From positions 81,084-145,083 of the forward strand of contig JBAXLJ010000003.1 in NCBI GenBank assembly GCA_037134915.1: 64,000 nt of DNA, in the 5' to 3' direction. The DNA comes from Candidatus Falkowbacteria bacterium (GTDB lineage Bacteria; Patescibacteriota; Patescibacteriia; Patescibacteriales; UBA12465). The position numbers and the translations under genes were made by a program. Numbering within the stretch: position 1 is the stretch's first letter; every line of letters begins with the position of its first letter. A model generated the notes under the pieces. The model was not told where the DNA came from, searched no databases, and saw nothing but the letters and a program-made list of their open reading frames with translations. Shown here piece after piece: positions 27,991 through 38,109 of this stretch.

Positions 27991-30075
27991 CTAGTTTCTG
28001 GTTTTGGGAACCTGGTAGTATTGCAACATAAAAGTAGCAATATCGGTCCACAAAGGTAAGGCTGTAGCTTCAGCATAGGTGACGCCTTTTGGACTATCAA
28101 TATAAGTTAACATTACAAAACGAGGATTATCAATCGGGACAATACCCACAAAAGTATGATTGAAACGGTCCTTAGCATATTGACCATTAACCGCAATCTG
28201 CGCGGTACCAGTTTTTCCGCCGATATAATAACCGGCGATCGCGGCTTTTTTAGCGTGACCGCTTTGTACCACATTAGCCAGCATTCCTAAAATATTAGTA
28301 GCTGTTTTTTCACTAATAACTTGACGTTCCGAAACTGGAGCGATTGTATCAACCTTACCATCAGAATGCCTAACCTCTTTAACTACAAAAGGCTTCATTA
28401 AATAACCCTTATTAGCAAAGACCTGATAGGCGGAAACCATCTGCAGGGGGGTAACTGAAAGTCCTTGGCCAAAAGAAGCGGTCGCAGCGTCGATATCTCG
28501 AATATTATTCCTTAACAAATTATTAATATTACCCGGTGATTCCGAGCCTAGCTCAATTCCCGTTCGTTCACCAAAACCATAATTTTTAACATAGTCAGCA
28601 AAAGTCTTAGCCCCCGCTTGACGCATGGCAAAGATAGCCCCGGTGTTAAGTGAATTTTCCAGAACATAATTCATATCAACTACTCCGTGTCCACCTTTGG
28701 TGCTAAAATCGGAATTTCGAATCGGCTTCGACCAACCATCAATATAAATTTCACCAGCATCTTTATAGGTAGTGTTTGGTGTCACCTTACCTTGGTCTAA
28801 GGCAATAGACATAGTAATGGCTTTAAAAACTGAACCTGGCTCATATTGATCAAAGATAGCCGGATTTTTAAAGACGGCAATATCAGATACGTCTCGATAA
28901 TTATTAGGATTAAAATCAGGCACCGAACACATGGCGAGCACTGCCCCGGTTTTAGCGTCCAAAGCAATCACGGTTCCACCAATGGCTTGAAATTTGTCGA
29001 CTGTTTTTTTCAGCTGGTCACAAGCATAGAACTCAACGCTGCGATCAATGGTTAAAAGCAGGTCACTACCTGGTGTTGGTTTAACATATTCCCGGTCATC
29101 TACAATTATTGAATTATTAACACCTCGTTCGGCTTTTAGAGATCCGATTTTACCGGCTAGCTCTTCATTGAAAAATTCTTCCAGACCATAACTTCCGGCA
29201 CCAGCTTCATCGCTATAACTTACAAAACCCAATAAATGAGAAGCAATGTTCTCTTCGGGGTAATATCTAAATTTCTTAATTTCAAAACTAAAGCCCGTTA
29301 TTTTTAATTCGGTCCCAGTTTTATTGTTCATGACTTTCCCTAAAGAGACTGATAAATCCTCAGCTTTAACAATTGAAGTCGTGGCTTTATTATTCATAAA
29401 GACATAAAACTTCAGCAAATCGTCATCACTGACTTTATTTTCAATAATCGCATACATGCCACCAGGACGACTTAACTTTTTAACATAGGCACCAGTAATC
29501 GCTGCCTTTTCGTTTTCTAATTCTTGTTCCTTTTTAATTTCGGCTTGTTGTGCCAAAGTACCCGAATTTTTTAAATCAGTTTGGCGTTTAATTTCGGCGG
29601 CCAGTTTTTTCTGTTTATCCTCTGGAGTTAAAGTGTCGTCATTATTAATCGCACTTAACCTGGTTTCAAAATCAGCCTCCGTACTTTTAATAATATTGTT
29701 ACTCAAAGTCGAAGCTAAGCGAGGCTGATCAAAAAAATCATAAAGATTGGAGGCTACCTCGTCCGGATTTGTGATATCTTTAGGGATTGCGTAAAGCAAA
29801 TAAAAATCCTTATTAGTAGCCAAAGTATATTGAGTATTTTCGCCGCCAGCGGAATCAGTAATAATAATCTTACCACGATCGGGTATTAGTTTACTGGAAA
29901 TCTCGTGTTGACCGGCGGCCAGTGCCATATAGACATCACTTTGTGATATCTGAATATAATATAAACGGTAGATAAGAGAGCCGGTAAGCAAAAAAATAAT
30001 CGCGACGACTAAACGGAGGCGATTATTGTTATCTCCTTGGCGATGACTACTTGTATTTTTCTGATTTCGCCACAT
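27991..30075 (-). CDS. ftsI: Penicillin-binding protein 2 / FtsI-type transpeptidase
   Basis: N-terminal TM. Motifs SxxK (PGSVFK), SxN (SLN) and KTG (GGKTGTA). It is 694 aa. Confidence 0.85.
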   Translation of the reverse strand: MWRNQKNTSSHRQGDNNNRLRLVVAIIFLLTGSLIYRLYYIQISQSDVYMALAAGQHEISSKLIPDRGKIIITDSAGGENTQYTLATNKDFYLLYAIPKDITNPDEVASNLYDFFDQPRLASTLSNNIIKSTEADFETRLSAINNDDTLTPEDKQKKLAAEIKRQTDLKNSGTLAQQAEIKKEQELENEKAAITGAYVKKLSRPGGMYAIIENKVSDDDLLKFYVFMNNKATTSIVKAEDLSVSLGKVMNNKTGTELKITGFSFEIKKFRYYPEENIASHLLGFVSYSDEAGAGSYGLEEFFNEELAGKIGSLKAERGVNNSIIVDDREYVKPTPGSDLLLTIDRSVEFYACDQLKKTVDKFQAIGGTVIALDAKTGAVLAMCSVPDFNPNNYRDVSDIAVFKNPAIFDQYEPGSVFKAITMSIALDQGKVTPNTTYKDAGEIYIDGWSKPIRNSDFSTKGGHGVVDMNYVLENSLNTGAIFAMRQAGAKTFADYVKNYGFGERTGIELGSESPGNINNLLRNNIRDIDAATASFGQGLSVTPLQMVSAYQVFANKGYLMKPFVVKEVRHSDGKVDTIAPVSERQVISEKTATNILGMLANVVQSGHAKKAAIAGYYIGGKTGTAQIAVNGQYAKDRFNHTFVGIVPIDNPRFVMLTYIDSPKGVTYAEATALPLWTDIATFMLQYYQVPKTRN

Positions 30076-30079
30076 GAGC

Positions 30080-30427
30080 TTATTTTCTGGCTAAAGCGGC
30101 TTGACTATCCGTTAAATATTCCACATCTGAAGCCGCTACCATATTTAATTTTTTAACTTTATCATTGAGATTGCTATAAGACTGAAGATTCATGACCTTA
30201 GCTTCGCTATCTAAATTTTCACTAGCTAAAATCGTCGCTTCTGATTTAAGTTCGCGAAGAGCAAAACCTTTAACAGTTAAGTCGTTAATATTAATTAGAT
30301 AATAGCAACCAATAATAAGAGCCAAGCCCCCCAAAAAGAAATTAACCAATCGTAAGTTAAGTCTTCGGGAAATCTCAGTTCGCCCAGTAGCATAGTTTGG
30401 ACGCTTAGTGATAATAACGGCAGTCAT
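30080..30427 (-). CDS. ftsL: Cell division protein FtsL-like
   Basis: 115 aa with a single TM followed by a coiled coil. It sits between rsmH and ftsI. Confidence 0.45.
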   Translation of the reverse strand: MTAVIITKRPNYATGRTEISRRLNLRLVNFFLGGLALIIGCYYLININDLTVKGFALRELKSEATILASENLDSEAKVMNLQSYSNLNDKVKKLNMVAASDVEYLTDSQAALARK

Positions 30428-30459
30428 AGTGATTTAATTATTATATAATTTAAAAATTA

Positions 30460-31407
30460 TCAAATTTTTTGAGCCAGACGGAATTTGGCACTACGAGCCC
30501 GGGGATTTAAGTTGCTTTCTGAGTCACTAGCCGGAGTCGGTTTTTTTGTTAGAATTTTCAGGGTGGCTAAATGGCCGCAAACACAAACAGGTACGGTTGG
30601 CGGGCAAATACAATCCTTGCTTTCAGTTTTAAAAAAATCTTTTACAATGCGGTCTTCACCGCTATGGAAAGATACAACCGCTATTTTCCCACCAGGTTTC
30701 AAAATGTTAACAGCCGCCGGTAGCACTTCGCTTAAAGATTCCAGCTCTCGGTTAGTTTCCATTCTTAGGGCCTGAAAGGCTCTGGTGGCTGGATGAATCT
30801 TAAGCCGAGGATTAGGTTTAATCACTTGATAAATTATGTCTAAAAGCTCTCCGGTGGTCCTAATCCAATTCCCTTTTCTTTTTTCAATTATTTTTTTAGC
30901 TAAGGCGTAGGCTTTTGGCTCTTCGCCATAAGTTCTAAAAATATAAGTCAAACGATCTAGCGGATAACGATTAACGATGGTTGTGGTGGCCACCGAGGTG
31001 TGTCCTTCCTGATTAAAAGCCATATCAAGCGGTCGATCACCCTGAAAAGAAAAACCTCGAGTAGTATCTTCTAGCTGAGCGGAAGATAAACCTAAATCTA
31101 AAACTACACCGTCTACTTTGAAATCTTCTGGAAAATTATCTTTAATTACTTTTTCTAAATTACGAAAGTTATCTTGGAACAAGAACACGTTAGAAACTCC
31201 TGCTTGTTCAATCTTTTCTCTGGCATGACTAATTGCTAAATCATCTAAATCAAGAGCGACAACCTGTCCTGTTGGTCCAACCATTTTAGATAAAGCTAGC
31301 GTGTAGCCAGCACCGCCTAAAGTACAATCCACCAAGATTTGTCCAGGGCGTGGTTCTAGTCCAGAAATCACTTCAGTTAACATTACCGGGATGTGTTTGT
31401 ATTCCAT
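30460..31407 (-). CDS. rsmH: 16S rRNA (cytosine1402-N4)-methyltransferase
   Basis: HIPVMLTEV and VDCTLGGAGY are MraW motifs. It is 315 aa. Confidence 0.9.
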   Translation of the reverse strand: MEYKHIPVMLTEVISGLEPRPGQILVDCTLGGAGYTLALSKMVGPTGQVVALDLDDLAISHAREKIEQAGVSNVFLFQDNFRNLEKVIKDNFPEDFKVDGVVLDLGLSSAQLEDTTRGFSFQGDRPLDMAFNQEGHTSVATTTIVNRYPLDRLTYIFRTYGEEPKAYALAKKIIEKRKGNWIRTTGELLDIIYQVIKPNPRLKIHPATRAFQALRMETNRELESLSEVLPAAVNILKPGGKIAVVSFHSGEDRIVKDFFKTESKDCICPPTVPVCVCGHLATLKILTKKPTPASDSESNLNPRARSAKFRLAQKI

Positions 31408-31411
31408 GTTT

Positions 31412-31879
31412 TTAAATTCCTAAATCGCCCATTTCCTCGGCGATAGCATTACTATTTTTTTCTGATTCAGTTTTATATTTATTCCAGGCGGCTTCATTCC
31501 AAATTTCTAGATGATTATACAAACCGGTCACCACCACACTTTTTTTTAAATCTGAAAAACTTCTTAAATACTCAGGCAAAGTAATTCGACCCTGACTATC
31601 AAATTCCACATCCATCGCTCCGGCTAACATATGACGGGAAAAGGCTCGAGCTCGAGCCTGACTGATTGGTAGGCTAGCAAATTTTTTAGCAATAATTTCA
31701 AACTGTTCTTTGGAATACAAAAATAAGCAGTTATCCAAACCCTTAGTAACCACGGCGCCTTTCTTAAGAGAGACGCGAAATTTAGCCGGAATCGCTAATC
31801 GGCCTTTATCATCTAAATTGTGTTTGTATTCTCCGATGAACATAGACCTTAAAAAAATCACAGATATTTTATAATTCAC
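31412..31879 (-). CDS. mraZ: Transcriptional regulator MraZ
   Basis: It has the duplicated DxxxR motifs (LDDKGRLAIP and DSQGRITLP). It is 155 aa. Confidence 0.85.
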   Translation of the reverse strand: MNYKISVIFLRSMFIGEYKHNLDDKGRLAIPAKFRVSLKKGAVVTKGLDNCLFLYSKEQFEIIAKKFASLPISQARARAFSRHMLAGAMDVEFDSQGRITLPEYLRSFSDLKKSVVVTGLYNHLEIWNEAAWNKYKTESEKNSNAIAEEMGDLGI

Positions 31880-31911
31880 CTAAGTTCCCCACTATTTGCC
31901 TCAATACCCCA

Positions 31912-31940
31912 ATTATACACCGCTAGCCCCCTGGGGTCAA
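31912..31940 (-). promoter_or_regulatory. Sigma-70 consensus-like promoter of the mraZ/dcw operon
   Basis: The minus strand reads TTGACC (plus 31935-31940), a 17-nt spacer, then TATAAT (plus 31912-31917). It lies about 30 nt upstream of the mraZ ATG. Confidence 0.45.
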
Positions 31941-31990
31941 CACAAAGAAAATTTATTTTTTACTAAAATATATTAGCTAATTTTACAATA

Positions 31991-32025
31991 AAAAAATCAC
32001 CTGTGTATAAGTGATTTTTATTTTT
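31991..32025 (-). terminator. Intrinsic terminator after tsaB (end of the cysS-dus-tsaB operon)
   Basis: Hairpin aaatcac / gtgattt (31994-32000 and 32011-32017) with a 10-nt loop. It is flanked by an A-run and a T-run (ttttattttttcc), so it could terminate either strand. Confidence 0.4.
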
Positions 32026-32044
32026 TCCCTATTGTTATTAAAAT

Positions 32045-32440
32045 TTATTTTTTCTTCTTAAGGCCAATATTTGGTTCCCTATCATATTGCGGCGTAACAA
32101 TGTTGTAAGTGGCAAATTTTTTATCCTGAATATTTTTTATAATTTCTAAGGTGTCTTTTACTGCTTCAATCGGAATATTTAAAGCATAAGCTAAGGCATT
32201 AGCCGTAACTACGCCAATTCTCAAACTAGTAAATGAGCCGCCGCTTACGACCACTTGGATTTTTGTTAGATCGGCTAAAGACTTATTAGCATCTAGTAAA
32301 AGTTTGGCAATCGCCGGCAAAAGTTTCTCGGCTTGTTTACGGGGGGCTTTAAATTTTTTATTTTTTATTTTTTTTCCTTCACCGGACAATAGACTGATTA
32401 TAACCTCGTCATACGAAGCCGTATTTATAAATAGAATCAT
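32045..32440 (-). CDS. tsaB: tRNA t6A biosynthesis protein TsaB-like (inactive Kae1 homolog), short
   Basis: VVVSGGSFTSLRIGVVTANALAYALNIP matches TsaB GPGSFTGLRIG. It is 131 aa. Confidence 0.5.
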   Translation of the reverse strand: MILFINTASYDEVIISLLSGEGKKIKNKKFKAPRKQAEKLLPAIAKLLLDANKSLADLTKIQVVVSGGSFTSLRIGVVTANALAYALNIPIEAVKDTLEIIKNIQDKKFATYNIVTPQYDREPNIGLKKKK

Positions 32441-32443
32441 AAA

Positions 32444-33382
32444 TTAAAATTTAAAAATATTTTTTATATCTTGATAGCTTTCCGCTTTAACCAGTTGCGA
32501 CCGATAAGCTGAGGCGCCGTTTAATCCCTGAACATACCAGCATAAATGTTTTCTCAGTTCAATAATTGCTCCCTGCCCCTTTAATCTCTCAACCATTTTA
32601 GCTTGATGCAGAATTATCTTAGCCACGGCTTTAATATCTAAATCAGTTACTTTATTTTTTTTAATTTCCCGAAACAGCCACGGACGGCCCAAAACTCCGC
32701 GAGCTAAACCCAGTCCATCAGCTTGGGATAATTCTAAAGTTTTTTTGGCTTCCGTTAAATTGTTTATCCCACCATTAGCCAGAATAATTCCTGAAAAATA
32801 TTGGCGTGCTTCTTTAATTAAATTATAATCAATTTCCCCGGAAAAACCTTGCTTAACGGAGCGCCCATGAATCATCACGACCACTACCGGCAAATCGGAA
32901 ATGGCTTTTAAGAAATCTAAAGCACTGACTTGCCCCGATTTAGCTCTTATTTTTACAGATATGGGAAGTTTGGTATTAGCACAAACCGCCGCGACAACCG
33001 CATGGGCTTGAGTCAGATTACTCATCAGCTCCGCTCCGGCCCCTTGTTTAATGACCTTGCCGACCGGACAACCAAAATTAATATCAATTCCTGAAGGCTT
33101 AATTTCCTCAGTAACAATTTTAGCGGCGACAGCAAAATGTTCAGGATTACTCCCAAAAAGTTGAACTACATAGTTTTTTTCTTTCTTTTTATTGAATCGC
33201 AAAAGATCTAAAGTGGCCTGCTTATTATAAAATAAAGCGGTCACTGAAGCCATTTCACTATAAACAACATCAGCGCCATAAGCGCTGGTAATCTGTCTAA
33301 AAGCTGAATCCGAAAAACCGGCCATAGGAGCTAAAGCCAAAATCGGTTTTTTTATTTTCAACCAAAAATTATGATCAGACAT
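32444..33382 (-). CDS. dus: tRNA-dihydrouridine synthase
   Basis: LAPMAGFSDSAFR, DINFGCP and the catalytic Cys region are present. It is 312 aa. Confidence 0.85.
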   Translation of the reverse strand: MSDHNFWLKIKKPILALAPMAGFSDSAFRQITSAYGADVVYSEMASVTALFYNKQATLDLLRFNKKKEKNYVVQLFGSNPEHFAVAAKIVTEEIKPSGIDINFGCPVGKVIKQGAGAELMSNLTQAHAVVAAVCANTKLPISVKIRAKSGQVSALDFLKAISDLPVVVVMIHGRSVKQGFSGEIDYNLIKEARQYFSGIILANGGINNLTEAKKTLELSQADGLGLARGVLGRPWLFREIKKNKVTDLDIKAVAKIILHQAKMVERLKGQGAIIELRKHLCWYVQGLNGASAYRSQLVKAESYQDIKNIFKF

Positions 33383-34780
33383 TTAAATCAAACTAAATTT
33401 CATTCCTTCTTTAGTGTCCTCAACTGCATAACCACGAGTTTTTATTTCATCACGCAAACGATCAGACTCCGAAAAATTTTTTAATTGTCGAGCTGTTTCG
33501 CGAGCTAAGGCTAAAGCCTGAACCTCAATTGGCAGTTCACTAAAGGCGATTTCATTAATTACTAAATCTTTAGCTAAAGACAATCCTAAACCCAATACCT
33601 TATCAAAATCTAAAACAGTGGCTAATTTTATTTCTGGTTTTAAATCTGATCGAAGTAAATCCTGGGTAATGGCCAAGGCTTGAGGAATATTTAAATCATC
33701 ATTAATTGCCGCTAAAAAACTATCACGCCACAAATTATTTACTTCACCAATTTCACAATCTAAAACTGCTACCTGTTTAAGCAAATTATTCCAACCATTC
33801 TGCCCTTGGCGCAAACTCTCCTCTGAATATTCCATCGGTTTGCGGTAATGAACCGAAGCCGCCGCGTAACGATAAGCTAACGGCGATAGACCTTTCTTAA
33901 TCATCGCCTTGTCCAAAGTCAAAAAATTATCAGCGCTTTTACTCATTTTTTTGCCGCCCACAATATTTAAGAAAGCGCCATGCAACCAATAATTAAAAAA
34001 CTTCTCACCCGTTGCCGCTTCACTCTGGGCAATTTCATTAGTGTGATGAATATTAATGTGATCCACGCCGCCGCAATGAATATCCCTAGATTTTCCCAAG
34101 AATTTCAAGCTCATAGCCGAACACTCAATATGCCAACCCGGGAAGCCTAGACCCCAAGGCGACGACCACTCCATCTGTCTTTTAACTCCGATCGGAGAAA
34201 ACTTCCATAAAGCAAAATCGGTCGGATTTATCTTTTCAGGATTTTTCTCAACTCTTGATCCCTCCTCTAAATCTTCTAATTTTAAATGGCTTAGCTGATT
34301 GTAATCCGGAAATTTATTAGTATTAAAATAGACGCCGTCACTCGTTAAATAAGTAAAGCCTTTGGTTTCTAAAATTTTAATCAAATTAATCTGCTCGGAA
34401 ATATTGTCTGTCGCTTTACACCAGATAGTCGGTTCGATAATATTTAAATCACCTAAATCCTTTTTAAAGGCCGCCAAATAAAAATCGGCGATTTCCCAAG
34501 CACTCTTACCTTCTCGAGCAGCCCCACTTTCAATTTTGTCTTCACCGGCATCACCATCACCCACTAAATGACCGACGTCTGTCACATTCATGACGTGATA
34601 AACTTCGTATTTATTATAGATCAAAACTCTTTTGAGCCAATCCTCAAATAGATAAGTCCTTAAATTACCGATATGGGCATAATTATAAACCGTCGGACCG
34701 CAAGTGTAGAGGCCAACATAACCAGCTTTAATCGAAGCAAATTCTTCTTTTTTTCTATTTAGCGTGTTGTATAAAATCAC
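33383..34780 (-). CDS. cysS: Cysteinyl-tRNA synthetase
   Basis: TCGPTVYNYAHIGNLRTY is the HIGH region. KMSKS is exact. It is 465 aa. Confidence 0.9.
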   Translation of the reverse strand: MILYNTLNRKKEEFASIKAGYVGLYTCGPTVYNYAHIGNLRTYLFEDWLKRVLIYNKYEVYHVMNVTDVGHLVGDGDAGEDKIESGAAREGKSAWEIADFYLAAFKKDLGDLNIIEPTIWCKATDNISEQINLIKILETKGFTYLTSDGVYFNTNKFPDYNQLSHLKLEDLEEGSRVEKNPEKINPTDFALWKFSPIGVKRQMEWSSPWGLGFPGWHIECSAMSLKFLGKSRDIHCGGVDHINIHHTNEIAQSEAATGEKFFNYWLHGAFLNIVGGKKMSKSADNFLTLDKAMIKKGLSPLAYRYAAASVHYRKPMEYSEESLRQGQNGWNNLLKQVAVLDCEIGEVNNLWRDSFLAAINDDLNIPQALAITQDLLRSDLKPEIKLATVLDFDKVLGLGLSLAKDLVINEIAFSELPIEVQALALARETARQLKNFSESDRLRDEIKTRGYAVEDTKEGMKFSLI

Positions 34781-34790
34781 ATTATTTTAA

Positions 34791-35381
34791 TTATTTGTTT
34801 AGAAAATTTATAGGGACGGTGTAAGAAGCGTCGTGCTCAGCTAAGCCCGAAGGATTATCCTTAGCAATGACTAAATATCCAGAAGTCGCTGTCGTATTAA
34901 ATTCTAGCAGAGCTGAAAAAGGCACTAAGTTATCCGTCATCCAGTCACCTTCAGCTTGAGCGGGGATCGAAGCAATTAGTTGCTTCTTATCATCTAACAA
35001 CCTAACCGGCAAGCTGGCTTCAAAAAACCAATTACCACGGGCTTGTCCTTTAATAACTAGAGGACTGCTAACGGTTGCGTCCGGCAAAGGGTCTAAAACT
35101 GTTACCTGAATCTCAGTCTCTGGATTTGGGGCCACCGGTGAAGTAGTGGTTGCCGAAATGGTAGTAGTGGCCAAGGGCTCGCCTTCCAAAATAAATTTTT
35201 GATTATCCTCATTTTTAACTCCAGGACAAGCAACTCTTGGCTCTGCTGTGGTCGGATTACCGTGTCTCACCCAATAACCGTCCACACAAACCCAATTATC
35301 TTCTTCAGAAAAAATTCTGAGTATTAAAGCTGTAAAAATTATTACCGCTAAAATAATATAAACCATTTTACCTTTTATCAT
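34791..35381 (-). CDS. Membrane-anchored protein with C-terminal Gmad2-type immunoglobulin-like domain
   Basis: N-terminal TM. The C-terminus (IKGQARGNWFFEASLPVRLLD...GDWMTDNLVPFSALLEF) matches the Gmad2 Ig-like pattern. Confidence 0.45.
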   Translation of the reverse strand: MIKGKMVYIILAVIIFTALILRIFSEEDNWVCVDGYWVRHGNPTTAEPRVACPGVKNEDNQKFILEGEPLATTTISATTTSPVAPNPETEIQVTVLDPLPDATVSSPLVIKGQARGNWFFEASLPVRLLDDKKQLIASIPAQAEGDWMTDNLVPFSALLEFNTTATSGYLVIAKDNPSGLAEHDASYTVPINFLNK

Positions 35382-35623
35382 AAATTTTACTCCGCTTAAA
35401 GCGGATTAATCATTATAATCTTTTTGTTGATGCTTCACCCGCCGCTTATAAGCCTTTTTGTTCTGATGAATTTGACTTACCGGAACGGTTATCGAAGAGC
35501 CGCTTTTTTTTATTTTAAGTTCATCTTTGGGCTTAATTTTTATCTTAATTATCATATAAATGAGAATAACTCTAATCACATTATACCCTAAAAATAAGGA
35601 CCGGGAAACCCGGTCCTAAGATA

Positions 35624-36967
35624 TTATTGAATTTTCTTGAAAAGAGGCCGTAATTCGCCAGACAAAAACATTGAACCGGTAACCAAGACCAAATCTTCCA
35701 CGCCCGCCTGCTTCTGGCTCCATTTTAAGGCCGCTTGAGGATCCAAAAAAGAGGCGGCAATCAATTTGGGGTCGATTTTTAAGGCTGAATTCATTAACTT
35801 TTTGGGGTCAGCCGTTTTACGGAAAATATTTTTAGTAAATCTTGTGCAAGCCAAAGACTTGGGCTTTAAAGTTAAAAGTTCTTTTAAGAAAGTCGAATGA
35901 TCTTTATTATCAGAAAAACCAATTAGCAGGTGTAAATTATGATATTTTTTATTTAAATTTTTAACCCCTAAAATAGTTGCTTTAACTTTATCGGCGTTAT
36001 GAGCACCATCTAAAATAATATGCGGTTTAGCACCAACTACTTCAAAACGAATCGGAAACTCCGTGGCCGCTAGACCTTTTTGAATCGCTTCATGACTAAC
36101 GCCTAATTTTTTAGCGGCAGCAATTACCACTTTAGCATTATCAATTTGATGATAACCTAAATTGTTTAAATGATAAGATAAACCATCAATTTTAAAATCA
36201 GTACCGTCCCAATCTTGCTTAGTGATTGTCCCACTTTTATCACCATATCTATCAGTTTCCACTTCCTTAAATGATAACGCCTTTTTGTTTTTGGCCGCCT
36301 TTTCAATAATTCTTACTAATTTAGGGTTGTGTTCAGCGGTAAAGACATTGCAGCCCTTAGTTATAATACCGGATTTATTTTCAGCAATTTGTTCCTTGGT
36401 ATTGCCCAAAATACTGATATGGTCTAAACCGATATTTGTGATAATCGCAATGTCCTTATAAGGAATAACATTAGTTCCATCATTTTTCCCGCCACAAGTC
36501 ACTTCTAAAACCGCGTAATCAACCTTGTTTTTTGCAAAATAATAAAGAGCGATGATAGTGTTTAAACTGACCATTGAAGGAAAAGTGTAATTGGCGCTAT
36601 GGATGTATTCATCCCAAATCGGTTTTAAATCAGTCACCATTTCCACAAACTCGCGCTCCGACATGGAATGATTGTTAATTTGCCAGCGCTCCGTAATTTT
36701 TGTCGGGTGCGGCGAAGTAACCAAACCGACTTTAAAACCTTGGGCTTTTAAAATTTGACTAATCATCATTGAGACCGAGCCTTTGCCGCTCGTCCCGGTA
36801 ACATGAATATAGTGAGGAATTTTTAGTTCCGGCGAACCCGCCATTTTAAGCATTAAACGGACCCCACGGATAATTGTCGGGGTATTTTGCCAATTGCCTT
36901 TGCCTTTATACTCTCTCGGTAAATTATGTAATGAATCAAAATATTCGTAAGCCTCTTGATAAGTCAT
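35624..36967 (-). CDS. folC: Folylpolyglutamate synthase / dihydrofolate synthase (Mur ligase family)
   Basis: P-loop HVTGTSGKGSV (compare TGTNGKGS). It has Mur ligase middle and C-terminal domains. It is 447 aa. Confidence 0.7.
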   Translation of the reverse strand: MTYQEAYEYFDSLHNLPREYKGKGNWQNTPTIIRGVRLMLKMAGSPELKIPHYIHVTGTSGKGSVSMMISQILKAQGFKVGLVTSPHPTKITERWQINNHSMSEREFVEMVTDLKPIWDEYIHSANYTFPSMVSLNTIIALYYFAKNKVDYAVLEVTCGGKNDGTNVIPYKDIAIITNIGLDHISILGNTKEQIAENKSGIITKGCNVFTAEHNPKLVRIIEKAAKNKKALSFKEVETDRYGDKSGTITKQDWDGTDFKIDGLSYHLNNLGYHQIDNAKVVIAAAKKLGVSHEAIQKGLAATEFPIRFEVVGAKPHIILDGAHNADKVKATILGVKNLNKKYHNLHLLIGFSDNKDHSTFLKELLTLKPKSLACTRFTKNIFRKTADPKKLMNSALKIDPKLIAASFLDPQAALKWSQKQAGVEDLVLVTGSMFLSGELRPLFKKIQ

Positions 36968-36987
36968 AAAAAATTTTACTATAAATA

Positions 36988-37344
36988 TTAGCGAGTTACT
37001 TCGTCGCTATCTTTAAGTAAGGAGTTAGTTATAAATGAACCTAGCCATAAAAAAATCGATAATAAAACTGCCGGCAAGAAACCGGCCACTGAGAACCCCT
37101 TAACAAAGCTGGCGACAAACATTACTAGTAAACCATTAATCACCAAAGAGAAAAGTCCAAGTGTCAAAATATTAATTGGCAAAGTAAGCAATAATAAAAT
37201 CGGTCTAATTAAAGCATTAATTAAACCCAGAACAATCGCCGTAATAAGAGCAGCGTAAAAACTGCTGACGGTTACGCCGCTAATTACATAAGAGGCTAGC
37301 AGCAAGAAGAAAGCGTTAAATAATAATCTTAAAAATAGTTTCAT
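36988..37344 (-). CDS. Small 4-TM membrane protein (phage holin family IV / DUF360-like)
   Basis: 118 aa, entirely hydrophobic, with four predicted TM segments. Confidence 0.4.
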   Translation of the reverse strand: MKLFLRLLFNAFFLLLASYVISGVTVSSFYAALITAIVLGLINALIRPILLLLTLPINILTLGLFSLVINGLLVMFVASFVKGFSVAGFLPAVLLSIFLWLGSFITNSLLKDSDEVTR

Positions 37345-37458
37345 AATTTTAGAGCCGTTAAAACTAACGGCTTCATTTTAACATATTTAGCAATTTTTTT
37401 TAAGTCAATTTATCAACCTTGAAATTAAAACCGTCCTTAAACTTGAGGACGGCTTACG

Positions 37459-37532
37459 TGGTCACTCGCGGGCTCGAACCGCGGACCTCTGCAATGTGAA
37501 TGCAGCGCTCTAACCAGCTGAGCTAAGTAACC
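37459..37532 (-). tRNA. tRNA-Val (anticodon CAC)
   Basis: The reverse complement folds as a cloverleaf: 7-bp acceptor stem GGTTACT/AGTGACC, anticodon stem CTGCA/TGCAG with loop TTCACAT, and T-arm GGTTCGAGCC. CCA is not encoded. Confidence 0.8.
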
Positions 37533-37619
37533 AGATAACTCGAATTTTAAAAACCTGGTGCCATAATAGCCGATTTTTTTATTTTTGGCAACAGTCCAAA
37601 AATTGGCCAAATCAATGTT

Positions 37620-38108
37620 TTACTTATCAGACAAAATATTAAAAAAAACTGTTTTAATCTGTTTTATCTGGCCGTTTTTATAGGTCACAGCGATTTTAGT
37701 CTGAGCCGTAAAAGCCACATGACCATCTTCATAAGACACTAAAGCGATTCTACTAGGCTGCCAGACGATTTTGGTGACATAAAAAGTGCCGCCCAAAACT
37801 GCCTTCTTAGGCGATAATTTACTGATGTTATCTGATAAATATTTTTCAAAAGCGTTTTTTTCTGTGAGAGTCGCGCATAGTTTTTTGCTTTGCTGGTCGC
37901 TTAGAAGACAACTATTAATTTTACAAGCACCTAAATAGGCCAACTTAACGCCATGACAATTAAGCTCAGGCAATCCGCAGCCATAAGTCTGTCCGTTAAC
38001 ACCACAGACCGGGTCATAGCGAAAACACTCGATCTGACAATTACTGGCCGCCGAAGCTTCAAGACTAAAAGATAAAAGTAAAATTAAAATAATTACAAAT
38101 TTTTTCAT
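37620..38108 (-). CDS. Secreted protein with N-terminal Kazal-like domain
   Basis: Signal peptide. CQIECFRYDPVCGVNGQTYGCGLPELNCHGVKLAYLGAC fits the Kazal Cys/PVCG.NG.TY pattern. The C-terminus is a beta-rich domain of unknown function. Confidence 0.45.
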   Translation of the reverse strand: MKKFVIILILLLSFSLEASAASNCQIECFRYDPVCGVNGQTYGCGLPELNCHGVKLAYLGACKINSCLLSDQQSKKLCATLTEKNAFEKYLSDNISKLSPKKAVLGGTFYVTKIVWQPSRIALVSYEDGHVAFTAQTKIAVTYKNGQIKQIKTVFFNILSDK

Positions 38109-38109
38109 A

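Noticed and set aside
36988-37344. Holin-like 4-TM protein as evidence of a prophage
   Set aside because: No endolysin, terminase, capsid or recombinase genes are nearby. DUF360-type proteins commonly occur as chromosomal membrane proteins.
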